Positions 9,499 through 19,760 of a DNA stretch of 64,000 nucleotides are shown here, in pieces. The notes beneath the pieces were generated by a model. It searched no databases and was not told where the DNA came from. It was given only the letters and a program-made list of their open reading frames with translations. This DNA is from an uncultured Gemmatimonadaceae bacterium. Its GTDB lineage: Bacteria; Gemmatimonadota; Gemmatimonadetes; Gemmatimonadales; Gemmatimonadaceae. How positions within the stretch are numbered: position 1 is the stretch's first letter; each line of letters starts with the position of its first letter. The position numbers were made by a program, and so were the translations under genes. The stretch spans positions 1,312,001-1,376,000 of the forward strand of contig CAWFQK010000004.1 in assembly GCA_963817955.1 (NCBI GenBank). Reading direction: 5' to 3'.

Positions 9499-10871
9499 GC
9501 CTCGACTCCGTAGCGCGACAACTTCCGGTAGAGCGTGGACGGATCGATCCCCAGCACCTCGGCGGCACGCGACTTGTTGCTGTTCTCGCTCTGCAGCACC
9601 CACATGATGTACGCCCGTTCCACCGCGTCGAGCGTCGGGTTCGCCGGTGTCCGGGTGGAGACGAGCGGCTCGGCGCGACGCTCCGTGATCCGCTCGGGAA
9701 GCGCCGAGACGCTGATTTCCTCGTCCACCGACAAGATGACGGACCGCTCGAGTGCATTCTCTAATTCACGGACATTGCCGGGCCAGGCGTAGTCGAGCAG
9801 CACGGCCACCACGGCGTCACTGAGGCGTCGGGGAGCCTCGCCACGCTGAGCGGCAATACGTTGCAGGAAATGCTCGGCGAGCAGTGGGATGTCGTCACGC
9901 CGCTGCCGCAGCGGCGGCAGGTGCAGCGAGATGACGTTCAGGCGGTAATACAGGTCACTGCGGAAGTTGCCGGCACGAATTTCCTCATCGAGATCGCGAT
10001 TCGTCGCGGCAATCACGCGGGCGTCCACCGGCACAGCCTCTGTAGCGCCTACCGGGATCACCTCGCGGTGCTGCAATGCACGCAACAGCTTCACTTGCGT
10101 GGCTGGCGTCGTTTCGCCGATTTCGTCGAGAAAGAACGTGCCATGGGTTGCGGCGCCGAACAGGCCAATCTTGTCGCGAATCGCGCCGGTGAACGAGCCC
10201 TTCATGTGGCCGAACAACTCGCTCTCGAGCAGGCTTTCAGGGAGCGCGCCGCAGTTGATCGAGAGGAACGGTCCTTCCGTGCGCGATGAAAGCTCGTGGA
10301 GATACCGGGCTATCACTTCCTTGCCGGTTCCCGAATCGCCCTGGATCAGAACCGTCGAATCAGTAGGCGCCACCGTTTCCACGAGACGCAGAATATCCAG
10401 CCAGGACTTGCTCGTCCCCACGGGACGAGTGATGCCGCTGCGTTCGTGGCGCTTGATCGCTTGTTTCAGCGAACGGTTCTCGACCCGCAGCTTGCGATGC
10501 TCGGCGGCGCGTTTGAGGATCGCCACCAGCTCGTCGTTGCGGAATGGCTTCTGGATGTAATAGAAGGCGCCTTCGTTCACCGCCGCCATCGCCGACTGCA
10601 GCGTCGCCTGCGCAGTCATCAGAATCACCGGCACGTCGGAGTCGTTCTGTCGCGCGGCGGCGAGGATTTCCACCCCCGTGATGTTCGGCATACGAATGTC
10701 GGTGAGGACGATATCGGGCTTCATCTCGCCGAGCCGCTCCAGTCCCGCCTTACCGCCATGCGCGAGAAACGGCGTGAAGCCCTCATTGCGAAGCAGGATA
10801 TTCAGCGAATCGAGAATACCCATCTCGTCATCCACAACGAGCACGCTGGGCCTGGACGATGCATCAGTCAC
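9495..10871 (-). CDS. pilR: Sigma-54-dependent response regulator (PilR-like)
   Basis: REC domain, GDSGTGKE Walker A, GSFTGA loop, WPGNVRELEN and C-terminal HTH; paired with a kinase in the pilus locus. Confidence 0.82.
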   Translation of the reverse strand: MTDASSRPSVLVVDDEMGILDSLNILLRNEGFTPFLAHGGKAGLERLGEMKPDIVLTDIRMPNITGVEILAAARQNDSDVPVILMTAQATLQSAMAAVNEGAFYYIQKPFRNDELVAILKRAAEHRKLRVENRSLKQAIKRHERSGITRPVGTSKSWLDILRLVETVAPTDSTVLIQGDSGTGKEVIARYLHELSSRTEGPFLSINCGALPESLLESELFGHMKGSFTGAIRDKIGLFGAATHGTFFLDEIGETTPATQVKLLRALQHREVIPVGATEAVPVDARVIAATNRDLDEEIRAGNFRSDLYYRLNVISLHLPPLRQRRDDIPLLAEHFLQRIAAQRGEAPRRLSDAVVAVLLDYAWPGNVRELENALERSVILSVDEEISVSALPERITERRAEPLVSTRTPANPTLDAVERAYIMWVLQSENSNKSRAAEVLGIDPSTLYRKLSRYGVEA

Positions 10872-12550
10872 GAGACACTCCTGGATGGCTGGTGGGCGCG
10901 CGGCAAAATCACCGTGAACCGTGTACCACGCGTACCACTATCCACGAAGACCACCCCGCGGTGTGCTTCGATGGCGCGATGAACCACGGCGAGACCCAGA
11001 CCGCTGCCGTTGGCTTTCGTGGTGAAGAACGGGTCGAACATGCGATCTCGAATTTCCGCCGGAATGCCGGAACCGGTGTCCGTCACGCGCAGTGCTACGG
11101 AGTCGCCGTCGAACGGCAATCCCACGGGCAGCGGCTCGAAGCTTCCGCGCGCGATCTCGATGTGCACTTCTCCTTGCGGCGGCGAGGCCTGCACCGCATT
11201 CAATGCAAGATTGAACACCGCGCGATGCAACAGGTCTTCGTCCCCATCCACATGCATGCCGTCCTCAGGCATGAGGCAGGTCACACGGACGGTCGCGTCG
11301 CAATCGGGGTGCGCAGTCGCGAGGTCGGCCGCGCCGCGCGCCACGGCGACCAGGTCCACGGGCGTCGTGCGGACCACACGCACGCGCGCGAAGTCGAGGA
11401 ACTCGGACAGCAGCCGCGAGAGACGGTCAGACTCGCGCAGCACGAGCATGCTCAGGGTCTTGTGATCGTCGGAAATCGTCGGCATGCGCGAGATTTGCTC
11501 GACGGCGCTGCGGATGGACGCCAGTGGATTCTTGATCTCGTGTGCCAGCGACGCGCTGAGCTCCGCGATGCCCTCGAGGCGCTCGGCACGCAAGCGCAGA
11601 ACATCCATGCGCTTCTGGTCTGAGATGTCCTGGAAGATCGCCGTAGCGATACGGCCCGTGCCGGATTCTTCGTGATCGATGTACGTGGTCGTCACGCCGA
11701 CCGGAAACCGCTTCGCAACGTGGGACACGATGCCTTCGCCGCGCGTCGTTCGCACCTTCGACTGCGCCGCGCGCTGCACGGCATCTGCCAGCTCGGGTGC
11801 TACCTTGGCGATGGCGGCCAGCATCGGCTGGCCGATGCGGTCGAGCAGGTCGATGCCGAGCAGCTGCTCCGCCATGGGATTCGCATACAGGAGGCGGCCG
11901 TCCGCGTCCACCGTGACCACACCGCTTCGGATGTTGCGGAGAATATCCTCGGCCTGCAAACGCGTTTGCTCGAGCTCAGCGACCAGTAGCTCACGCCCCT
12001 CGCCACTCGCCCGCAACTGCGCACTCAGGTAGCGAATGCCGAGGGCGACGATCGCGATGACGCCGAGCTGGAGCCAGATGCCCTGCTCGATGTGTGGGGA
12101 GCCGAGGAACACCGCGATATCCGCGAAGTACAGCACCAGTCCAAGCGCGGCAACGAGGAGCCCGCCGCCCGCCGGCAGCAGTAGCGACGTGGTCGCGATG
12201 ACGAGGATGTACAGCGCCGAGAACGGCGAGTTGCTGCCGTTCGTCACATGCACCACGGCCGTGATCAGCAACAGGTCGAAGATTGCCTGGACGTACAGGA
12301 ACGTCGGGCTGATCCGTCGCCGATATATTTCCGCGTAGCCGGCCGACACCGCGGTGAAGATGGCGGAGAGCGCAAAGGCCAGCGACGCAACGAGCGTATT
12401 GCGCGAGTCGGCGATCGACCATCGCAGAATGGCGGCAATGAAGATCGCGCTCGCCAGACAGAGACGGCCAATGAAGACCCAGCGCAGCAACCGGCGCGGG
12501 TCAAGAATTGCCTGCAAAGCTGGGGGAGACGGCCGGGTGGCGAGTTGCAC
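10868..12550 (-). CDS. pilS: Sensor histidine kinase (PilS-like; TM, PAS, HisKA, HATPase)
   Basis: AHEIKNPL H-box, [11 protein letters not shown]-box, DPFFTTK and GSGLGL; six-TM PilS-type N-terminus. Confidence 0.82.
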   Translation of the reverse strand: MQLATRPSPPALQAILDPRRLLRWVFIGRLCLASAIFIAAILRWSIADSRNTLVASLAFALSAIFTAVSAGYAEIYRRRISPTFLYVQAIFDLLLITAVVHVTNGSNSPFSALYILVIATTSLLLPAGGGLLVAALGLVLYFADIAVFLGSPHIEQGIWLQLGVIAIVALGIRYLSAQLRASGEGRELLVAELEQTRLQAEDILRNIRSGVVTVDADGRLLYANPMAEQLLGIDLLDRIGQPMLAAIAKVAPELADAVQRAAQSKVRTTRGEGIVSHVAKRFPVGVTTTYIDHEESGTGRIATAIFQDISDQKRMDVLRLRAERLEGIAELSASLAHEIKNPLASIRSAVEQISRMPTISDDHKTLSMLVLRESDRLSRLLSEFLDFARVRVVRTTPVDLVAVARGAADLATAHPDCDATVRVTCLMPEDGMHVDGDEDLLHRAVFNLALNAVQASPPQGEVHIEIARGSFEPLPVGLPFDGDSVALRVTDTGSGIPAEIRDRMFDPFFTTKANGSGLGLAVVHRAIEAHRGVVFVDSGTRGTRFTVILPRAHQPSRSVS

Positions 12551-12723
12551 GATGTTGAGGCAGCCGATCGGTGGCGGAATGCGCCGCGGATTGTCGGCCT
12601 CGCAAAGTGCAAGAGGTTAGCGACCGAAAGAATCCTTGCAATCTGCGACAGTATGTTGACGATCCCGCTTCCGCAGAGTTACACCCCAACCGGCATGCAC
12701 GACGCTGAAGGCCTTCTCTTCTA

Positions 12724-13155
12724 ATGAATGACGACGCCTACCTGAACGTCACCCCGGACGTCGCCATCCCCCGCCATGAGCTGCAATACCGCGCCAGTCG
12801 CGCTGGCGGACCCGGTGGCCAGCATGTCAACACGTCGTCAACGCGAATCGAGCTCTTGTGGGATCTGCCCCACTCGATCGCACTGACTGACGAGCAGCGG
12901 GAGCGCGTTCGAATGAAGCTCGCGGCGCGACTCGACTCTGACGGCATGGTGCGCGTGGTGGCGAGCGACCGACGAAGCCAAGGCCAGAACAAACAGGCCG
13001 CCGACGCCCGACTGGCGACACTGGTGCAGCGTGCGCTGCACGTTCCCAAGAAGCGCCGGGCAACAAAACCCAGTCGAGCGGCGAAAGAACGGCGCCTTAC
13101 CGAAAAGAAACACCGCTCGGATAAGAAGCGGACACGACGGTCTGATATCGAGTGA
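12724..13155 (+). CDS. arfB: Alternative ribosome rescue factor ArfB
   Basis: GGPGGQHVN (GGQ motif), RSQGQNK and a basic C-terminal tail. Confidence 0.92.
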   Translation: MNDDAYLNVTPDVAIPRHELQYRASRAGGPGGQHVNTSSTRIELLWDLPHSIALTDEQRERVRMKLAARLDSDGMVRVVASDRRSQGQNKQAADARLATLVQRALHVPKKRRATKPSRAAKERRLTEKKHRSDKKRTRRSDIE

Positions 13156-13525
13156 GGGGACGCGGGGACAATGGGTGTGATGAGTCGCAAATCTCCTGAG
13201 TGCTAGGCGCGTTAGTGATTCAATGATGACGCTTGGAGGGACCACGACGGCTCGGGTGTCCTTGAAGGAAGCGGCTGAGGCGAAGTGCCAGCTAGCGATC
13301 GAGGAACTTCAGCGAGCCCAGCGTTACTTTTACCTGAGGCCGGTGTAGCAGATTTTTCACCGGCAGCCTCGGGGGGTCACGCGGCAGCAGGGGACTCTCT
13401 CGGTGAATGGCAGTTCGTGAACGGCGGGCACGTCCCTTGCGCGCCCGGTAGGAAACCGACCCGGGCCCATCAGTCGCTCGGATGTCGGAACGACTCTTTG
13501 CTGCGGCTCGTCCGCGGGGCTTGCG

Positions 13526-16500
13526 ATGACCCGTCTTCGTATGCGTTGGGCGGTTGCGGTTGCACCGCTACTGGCGCTCGTTGTGTCCGTTCCGGTTCAG
13601 GCCCAGGCGTACTTCGGGCGCAACAAGGTCCAGTATGAGACCTTCGACTGGAAGATTCTGAAATCGGAGCACTTCGACAACTTCTTCTATCCGCCCGAGT
13701 CGACCATCGTACACGACGCGGCGAGGATGGCTGAGCGCTGGTATGCACGGCATTCCGACACGTTCCGGCACGCGTTTGACCGAAAGTCGCTGGTCTTCTA
13801 CGCTGACCATCCGGACTTCGAGCAAACGAATGTCGTGGGCGAGCAGCTGACGGAGGAAACGGGCGGCGTTACGGAGTCGAACCGCACGCGCGTGATCATG
13901 CCGTTCACCGGCATCTATGCGGACAACGACCATGTGCTCGGCCACGAACTGGTGCACGTCTTCCAGTACAACATCGCCGAAGGCACGCCGGGCGGCGGAT
14001 TGATGCGGCTGGATGCCCTGCCCCTCTGGCTCATCGAGGGTATGGCCGAATATTTCTCGCTCGGCCGTCAGGATCCGCTCACCGCGATGTGGATGCGAGA
14101 CGCGGTCATGCGCGACAAGTTCCCTACCATCAAGCAACTGACGACCGATCCGCGGTTCTTCCCGTACCGCTACGGCCAAGCCCTGTGGGCATACGTTGGC
14201 GGACGCTGGGGTGATCGGGCGATCGTCGACGTGTATCGATCCGCGCTCCGATTTGGTTGGGATGCCGCATTGGTGCGCGTCCTCGGAGAAAACAGCGACT
14301 CGCTCTCGAAGGACTGGGCGGCTGCAAACAAATCGATGTACCTGCCGCAGTTGGCGGGGCGGACGCATCCGGACAGCACTGGCACCAAGCTAGTCCCGCT
14401 GCAACGGGCCGGGGACATCAATCTCGCACCGACGATCAGCCCGGACGGCAAGCTGTTCGCCTTCTTCTCGAGCCGCAGCCTGTTCACCATCGACCTGTTC
14501 GTCGGCGATGCGACAACGGGCAAGATCATCAAGAAACTCGCTGGTCCGACGAGTGACCCGCACTTCGACGCGCTCAGCTTCATCAATTCCGCGGGCGACT
14601 GGTCGCCAGACGGCAAGCAGTTCGCCTTCATTGTGTACGCCGAAGGCCAGAACGAAATCGCTCTGCTGAACACGCAAACGACGAACATCGAGCGACGCAT
14701 CAAGCTTCCCGGGATTGGCGCGGTAAGCCACGTATCGTGGTCGCCCGACGGACGGACCCTGGCCCTGTCCGGTCAGGCGGGAGGCATTAGCGATCTCTAC
14801 CTCCTGGACCTGAGTGCCGGGACGATCCGTCAGCTCACGAACGACAAGTACGCCGACATCCAGCCGACATGGTCTCCCGACGGCAAGACGATCGCCTTCT
14901 CGACCGATCGCGGTCCGCAGACGGACTTCAACGCGCTCACGTACTCGCCGCTGCAACTGGCGACGTACGATCTGGCAACAGGCCGCATCAGCGTCTTCTC
15001 GCCATTTGCGCGGGGCAAGAACATCAACCCGCAGTTCTCGCCTGACGGCCACAATCTCTTCTTCGTGTCCGACCAGGATGGCTTTCCGGATATCTATCGC
15101 CTGAATCTGGCGAGCGGCCAGGTGTACCGCGTGTCGCGCCTCGCCACCGGGGTGAGTGGCATCACGACCGTGTCGCCGACCATTTCCGTCTCGCGGCAGA
15201 CGGGACGCATGCTCTTCACGACATTCTACAACCAGGGCAACGAGATCCGAGGATTCGAACCGTCGCAGACGGTCGGCACGCCGGTGATCGCGTCGGTCGC
15301 ATTCGAGGGCGCGCAGTTGCCGCCCCCCGAGGTCAAGGGCGGTGTGGTGTCGACGTATCTCGCCGACGCAGCGTCTGGACTGCCGTCTGGCGCCGATTTT
15401 GTCGTTGAACCGTTTCACTCCTCGTTCTCGCTCGACGCCATCGGGCAACCGAACATTGGCGTCGTCGCTGGCGGGCCGTTCGGCACTGGTGTGGCAGGCG
15501 GCGTGTCGATGATCTTCGGCGACCAGCTGAGCGACCGGCAGATATTCGCGGCAATTCAGGCCAACGGCACGGTGAAGGACATTGGCGGGGCACTACAGTA
15601 TTACAATATGAAGAGCAGGTGGAACTACGGCGGCGGCATCGAGCACGTGCCCTATCTCACAGGGGGCGTCTTCGTCGATACGGCGACGGTGAACGGCACG
15701 CAAGGCTACAGTGTGAATCAGCTGCTGCAGCGCATCTACATCGATCAGGCGATGGCGTTCACGCAGTACCCGTTCTCCTCCACCAAGCGACTCGAGCTGT
15801 CCGCCAGCGTGACACACTACGGCTTCAATACGGAGCTCTTCCAAAGCGTTTTTGACGTCAACAACAACTTGGTCGCGCAGAATGACTCGATGCTCACGTC
15901 CCAGTACAAGCCGGTAGTATTCGCCGAGCCGTCGGTGGCGCTGGTCGGGGACAATTCCTTCTCCGCGTTTACGTCGCCGGTGCAAGGCGAGCGATACCGG
16001 ATGCAGTTCACGCCGACCTTTGGGTCGGTGAACTACGAGACGGCAATCGCGGATTATCGACGGTACTTCTTCATGCGTCCCGTGACGTTGGCGATTCGTG
16101 GTCTGTCCCTTGGTCGCTATGGCAGCGGCGCGGAAGATGTGAACACGACCTGGCCGATCTACCTCGGCGACGAGACGCTGATGCGAGGGTACGGTTACAA
16201 CTCATTCACCAGTGACGAATGCACCGTGGCAGGCTCGACGACCACGCAGCAGCAGGCGGCAGGATGCCCGGCGTTCCAGCGGCTGTTCGGTAGCAAAGTC
16301 GGCGTGATCAACATCGAGCTTCGCATACCGGTGTTCGGCGTTGAAGGATTCGGCCTGATCAACTTCCCGTACCTTCCGATGGAGATGTCGCCGTTCTTCG
16401 ATGCCGGCGTGTCGTACACGAATAACCAGGCTCCGAACTGGCAGCTCACGCGGTTCGCCAACGACATCCCGTCGAGCTGCGCGGCACCGACGAGCTCGCA

Positions 16501-16678
16501 GCAAGCACAGCAGCAGTCGTTCTATCCCTGCGCGGACCGCATCCCGGTGTTCAGTACCGGCGTATCCTTCCGCTTCAACCTGATGGGCTACGCGATTCTC
16601 GAAGCATACGCCGCCCATCCATTCCAGCGGCCGACAAAGAACTGGGTTTGGGGATTCCAGTTGGCGCCGGGGTGGTAG
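13526..16678 (+). CDS. Omp85/BamA-TamA family outer-membrane protein with N-terminal zincin (HExxH) and TolB-like PD40 propeller
   Basis: Signal peptide, HELVHVFQ..WLIEGMAEY, repeated WSPDG, MRGYGY loop and C-terminal W. Confidence 0.75.
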   Translation: MTRLRMRWAVAVAPLLALVVSVPVQAQAYFGRNKVQYETFDWKILKSEHFDNFFYPPESTIVHDAARMAERWYARHSDTFRHAFDRKSLVFYADHPDFEQTNVVGEQLTEETGGVTESNRTRVIMPFTGIYADNDHVLGHELVHVFQYNIAEGTPGGGLMRLDALPLWLIEGMAEYFSLGRQDPLTAMWMRDAVMRDKFPTIKQLTTDPRFFPYRYGQALWAYVGGRWGDRAIVDVYRSALRFGWDAALVRVLGENSDSLSKDWAAANKSMYLPQLAGRTHPDSTGTKLVPLQRAGDINLAPTISPDGKLFAFFSSRSLFTIDLFVGDATTGKIIKKLAGPTSDPHFDALSFINSAGDWSPDGKQFAFIVYAEGQNEIALLNTQTTNIERRIKLPGIGAVSHVSWSPDGRTLALSGQAGGISDLYLLDLSAGTIRQLTNDKYADIQPTWSPDGKTIAFSTDRGPQTDFNALTYSPLQLATYDLATGRISVFSPFARGKNINPQFSPDGHNLFFVSDQDGFPDIYRLNLASGQVYRVSRLATGVSGITTVSPTISVSRQTGRMLFTTFYNQGNEIRGFEPSQTVGTPVIASVAFEGAQLPPPEVKGGVVSTYLADAASGLPSGADFVVEPFHSSFSLDAIGQPNIGVVAGGPFGTGVAGGVSMIFGDQLSDRQIFAAIQANGTVKDIGGALQYYNMKSRWNYGGGIEHVPYLTGGVFVDTATVNGTQGYSVNQLLQRIYIDQAMAFTQYPFSSTKRLELSASVTHYGFNTELFQSVFDVNNNLVAQNDSMLTSQYKPVVFAEPSVALVGDNSFSAFTSPVQGERYRMQFTPTFGSVNYETAIADYRRYFFMRPVTLAIRGLSLGRYGSGAEDVNTTWPIYLGDETLMRGYGYNSFTSDECTVAGSTTTQQQAAGCPAFQRLFGSKVGVINIELRIPVFGVEGFGLINFPYLPMEMSPFFDAGVSYTNNQAPNWQLTRFANDIPSSCAAPTSSQQAQQQSFYPCADRIPVFSTGVSFRFNLMGYAILEAYAAHPFQRPTKNWVWGFQLAPGW

Positions 16679-16710
16679 TGGAGCGAGGCATCAGACACTT
16701 GGAATTCGAG

Positions 16711-16740
16711 AAGCGCGGGCATGTGCCCGCGCTTTTCATT
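16711..16740 (+). terminator. Intrinsic terminator
   Basis: AAGCGCGGGCA-TG-TGCCCGCGCTT hairpin followed by TTCATT. Confidence 0.8.
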
Positions 16741-16773
16741 TGTGGGTCTTCGTGGAAATGCGTGGGCGAATTG

Positions 16774-17342
16774 CCTGTCATCCTGAGCGACGGGCTGTCA
16801 TCCTGAGCGAAGCGAAGGATCTCGGTGAACGGCGCAACAGCATTTAACGCAGAGGTCGCAGAGAACTGCAAGAGGTCGCAGAGAACTGCAGGAGAACTGC
16901 AGAGGACCGTGAAGGATTGTCTCGCTTGGATGTCTTGGCTGATGCCGTCGTGACGCTCCGATGGTATCGCCCAGGTCGTGATCATCAACGATATAGGCGG
17001 AATGCTTGTGGACTCGGCAATCACGGTTCATTCCACCAATACGCGCTTCCCTCTTCTGTACGCTTACAGTTCTCTTTTGCAGTTCCCTTTTCCAGTTCTC
17101 TCGCCGTTCTTCTGCAGTTCTCTTCTGCAGTTCTCTTCTGCAGTTCTCTTCTGCAGTTCTCTCTGCGTCCTCCTGCAGTTCTCTGCGACCTCTGCGTTAA
17201 AAAAAACAAGCCGTCCCGCCAACGAGACGCCCGAAGTGCGGTAAGAAAGACAAGCCGTCCTGCCCTCGAGACGCCCGAAGTGCGGTAAGAAAGACAAGCC
17301 GTCCTGCCCTCGAGACGCCCGAAATCACCCACACACAGTCCC
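16774..17342. repeat. Modular palindromic repeat element, copy A
   Basis: 2x TGTCATCCTGAGCGA 20-mer module, GCAGAGAACT arm, ~155-bp core, inverted AGTTCTCTGC arm and a 44-bp tandem tail. Homologous to copies at 36098, 40738, 45048 and 62796. Confidence 0.9.
17206..17323 (+). repeat. 44-bp tandem repeat (2.7 units) in the tail of copy A
   Basis: ACAAGCCGTCCTGCCCTCGAGACGCCCGAAGTGCGGTAAGAAAG units starting at 17206, 17250 and 17294. Confidence 0.9.
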
Positions 17343-17372
17343 TCATTTGGGCCGCTGAGCTCAGCGTGGGTT

Positions 17373-19670
17373 TCATTCCCACTCATACAACACGCGATAC
17401 AACGCCGCATTCCGCTGCACGATGCGCACGTAGTCTCGCGTCTCGGCGAACGGGATACGCTCGGCGAAGAGCTCGGGATCGTCCATGCCGGGTTTGGTCG
17501 CCCAACGCGTGATGCGCGAGCCGCCCGCGTTGTACGCCGCGAGCACGCGTGGCAGCGCGCCATATTGCGCCATGTACGATGCCAGATGCGTGGTGCCAAT
17601 CTGAAGATTGGCATCAGGGTCGTACAGGAGCGCGGGTGACCAGATCGGAAAGTTCAGCGCCCGCGCGACTTCGGCGCCGACGGTCGGCATGACCTGCATG
17701 AGGCCACGCGCTCCCGCCGCTGAGGTCGCGCGTGGTGTGAAGTTCGACTCCTGCCGAATGATCGCGGCGACGAGCGCCGGGTCGAGATCGTGCGCCCTCG
17801 CGTCGCGTGTCAGCTCGTCGCGATCGAGCACGGGATAGAGCAACCGATAGGTACGTCCATCGCGATGGCCGGCGTCGGCAAATTGCTGCGCCAGTCGAAT
17901 CGCCCGCGATGGCTGACCATGCTCGAGGAGCGCATGCGCCGTGGCCAGCAAGCGATTCGGTGAGCGGTTGGCCGATTCTTCGAGCGCGTCGTATTCGAAT
18001 CGCGTCTCGACATCCATCCCGAGCTGATCGAGCAGTGCGACGCGGGCAATCGCGCTGTCGACCGCTGGAACGTGCGGGAAGGAGTCGCGGCTCGCCGGCG
18101 GGGACCACGGAGCTTCGTTCAGCCGCTTCGCGGCCAGTCCGGCGTAATACGATGTCGGCTGCTGTGACACCACGCTACGCCATCGGCTGCGAGCAGTCGT
18201 CGTATCGCCCGCAGCGGCCCAGGCGCGCCCGCTCCAGTATCGCGCCGCGGGCGCTTCCTCGGACGTTGGTGCGATCGCCACGAGAGAATCGAACTCCAGC
18301 GCCGCCGTGTTGCCATTTCCGTGAACGAACGACAGGATCGCGGCCTGAAAGCGCGCATTGTCGGCACGGGGACTCGTCGGATAGCTGTGGTACAGTTGCT
18401 GGAAGAGCGCGCGAGCCTGATCATCGTTGCCGGCATCCGTGCTGAGATCGCCCAGCAGGTACAGCGATGCGCTCGCGGCGGTCGTGTCGCTCGGAAAACG
18501 CGTGACGACGTCGCGGAGTGCGGCGCGAGTCGCATCACCGGTGCCCGATGTCAGAAGAATGCGCGCTCGTCTATAGGCTGCTTCGCCGGCAAGAGGACCG
18601 GTCACCATCGCGAGTTGCGCGAGCGCGTCGCGTGATCGGCTCACACGCGTCAGCGCCTGGGCGTACAGCAGCCGATCGTTCGGCGTCACGAGCGTCGGCT
18701 GCGACAGCGCGCGTCCGAAGCCGAGGATCGCGCGTGCCCAAGGCCCCGACACCGCACTGCTTCGTGCGATGACCAATTCCTCGGAGGGTGACAGCGTCGT
18801 GAAACCCTTGTCGAGCACCTCGGCCGCTGCTCTGGCGTCGCTCGTGCCTGCGTGCCCCCGGATGTACTGGATCAACTGCGCCCTGATCGTATCTCGACGC
18901 GCCGTGTCCGGCGCCACCGAGAGGCGAAGCCTGAGCGCGCTCACCGTGGCGCCGAGCGCCGCGTAACGCGCCGCCGCCCCGAGCGCATCGCGGAACCGCT
19001 CGCGCGCCTGCGCCTCGGTCCACGGCACGCGAGAACGTGCAACCGCGAGGGTGACACCACCGAGCGACCGGGCACGCGCCATGGAGTCGCTCTGTGTCCC
19101 GGCCGCGCGGAGCCGGAGCCAGTCGCGCACCGGACGCAATTGTTCGGCGGCGCGGGCGTACACCGCCGCCGCACTGTCGAACATGTTGTTGCGCTCGAGC
19201 GCACGCGCGAGGAGCACGAGCCGCACGGGACGAGATTCGCCACGATGGACGTCGCGCACTGCGCGCGTCGCCTGGGAGAGCGCCAGGGTGTCGTTGCCCT
19301 GCTCCAACGCGGAACGTGTCAGGAGCTCGCGTCCTTCGCCATCGTACTGCGCATCGACCCAGCCCTCGCGGAGGAGCAGCTTGTCCACCTCACTCCACCC
19401 GTCCCATCCTGCAGCGGCGCGCGCCGCCAGGACGAGCGCCGCAGGCGTGCGCTTCTCTGGGTCGCGCAGCAGTGGCGCCAGGATCTGCGTCGCGCGCCAG
19501 GGATGCCCATCGTGGATGGCCGTCTGGGCCATCGTCAGCTCATCCGATTTCTGGATGGCTTGCTCGAGATCGTGATTGGACGTCGACACGACCTCTCCGC
19601 CTGCGCTCGCTTGGTGAGACGAGCCACATGCGCCGAGGACCAGACAGCACAGAACCGACAGAAATCTCAT
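17373..19670 (-). CDS. Soluble lytic transglycosylase (Slt70-like, TPR-rich lipoprotein)
   Basis: Lipobox LVLGAC; IRQESNF, GARGLMQVMP, AAYNAG and ETRDYV SLT motifs. Confidence 0.9.
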   Translation of the reverse strand: MRFLSVLCCLVLGACGSSHQASAGGEVVSTSNHDLEQAIQKSDELTMAQTAIHDGHPWRATQILAPLLRDPEKRTPAALVLAARAAAGWDGWSEVDKLLLREGWVDAQYDGEGRELLTRSALEQGNDTLALSQATRAVRDVHRGESRPVRLVLLARALERNNMFDSAAAVYARAAEQLRPVRDWLRLRAAGTQSDSMARARSLGGVTLAVARSRVPWTEAQARERFRDALGAAARYAALGATVSALRLRLSVAPDTARRDTIRAQLIQYIRGHAGTSDARAAAEVLDKGFTTLSPSEELVIARSSAVSGPWARAILGFGRALSQPTLVTPNDRLLYAQALTRVSRSRDALAQLAMVTGPLAGEAAYRRARILLTSGTGDATRAALRDVVTRFPSDTTAASASLYLLGDLSTDAGNDDQARALFQQLYHSYPTSPRADNARFQAAILSFVHGNGNTAALEFDSLVAIAPTSEEAPAARYWSGRAWAAAGDTTTARSRWRSVVSQQPTSYYAGLAAKRLNEAPWSPPASRDSFPHVPAVDSAIARVALLDQLGMDVETRFEYDALEESANRSPNRLLATAHALLEHGQPSRAIRLAQQFADAGHRDGRTYRLLYPVLDRDELTRDARAHDLDPALVAAIIRQESNFTPRATSAAGARGLMQVMPTVGAEVARALNFPIWSPALLYDPDANLQIGTTHLASYMAQYGALPRVLAAYNAGGSRITRWATKPGMDDPELFAERIPFAETRDYVRIVQRNAALYRVLYEWE

Positions 19671-19760
19671 ATCACTGAGGCATTCAGAATCCGTACCGGC
19701 GCACAACGGCCGGGTCCTCGACGATCGAGAACCCGGCCGATGCGTGGCGGAACGGCAGGT

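Noticed and set aside
17206..17323. CRISPR array from the 44-bp periodic repeat
   Set aside because: The would-be spacers are identical, so this is a simple tandem duplication.
16575..17614. ORFs overlapping the repeat elements (LQFSSAVL/ENCRREL-rich; also at 36233-36797, 40814-41261 and 62834-63329)
   Set aside because: Low-complexity translations of the repeat arms; frames are not conserved between copies.
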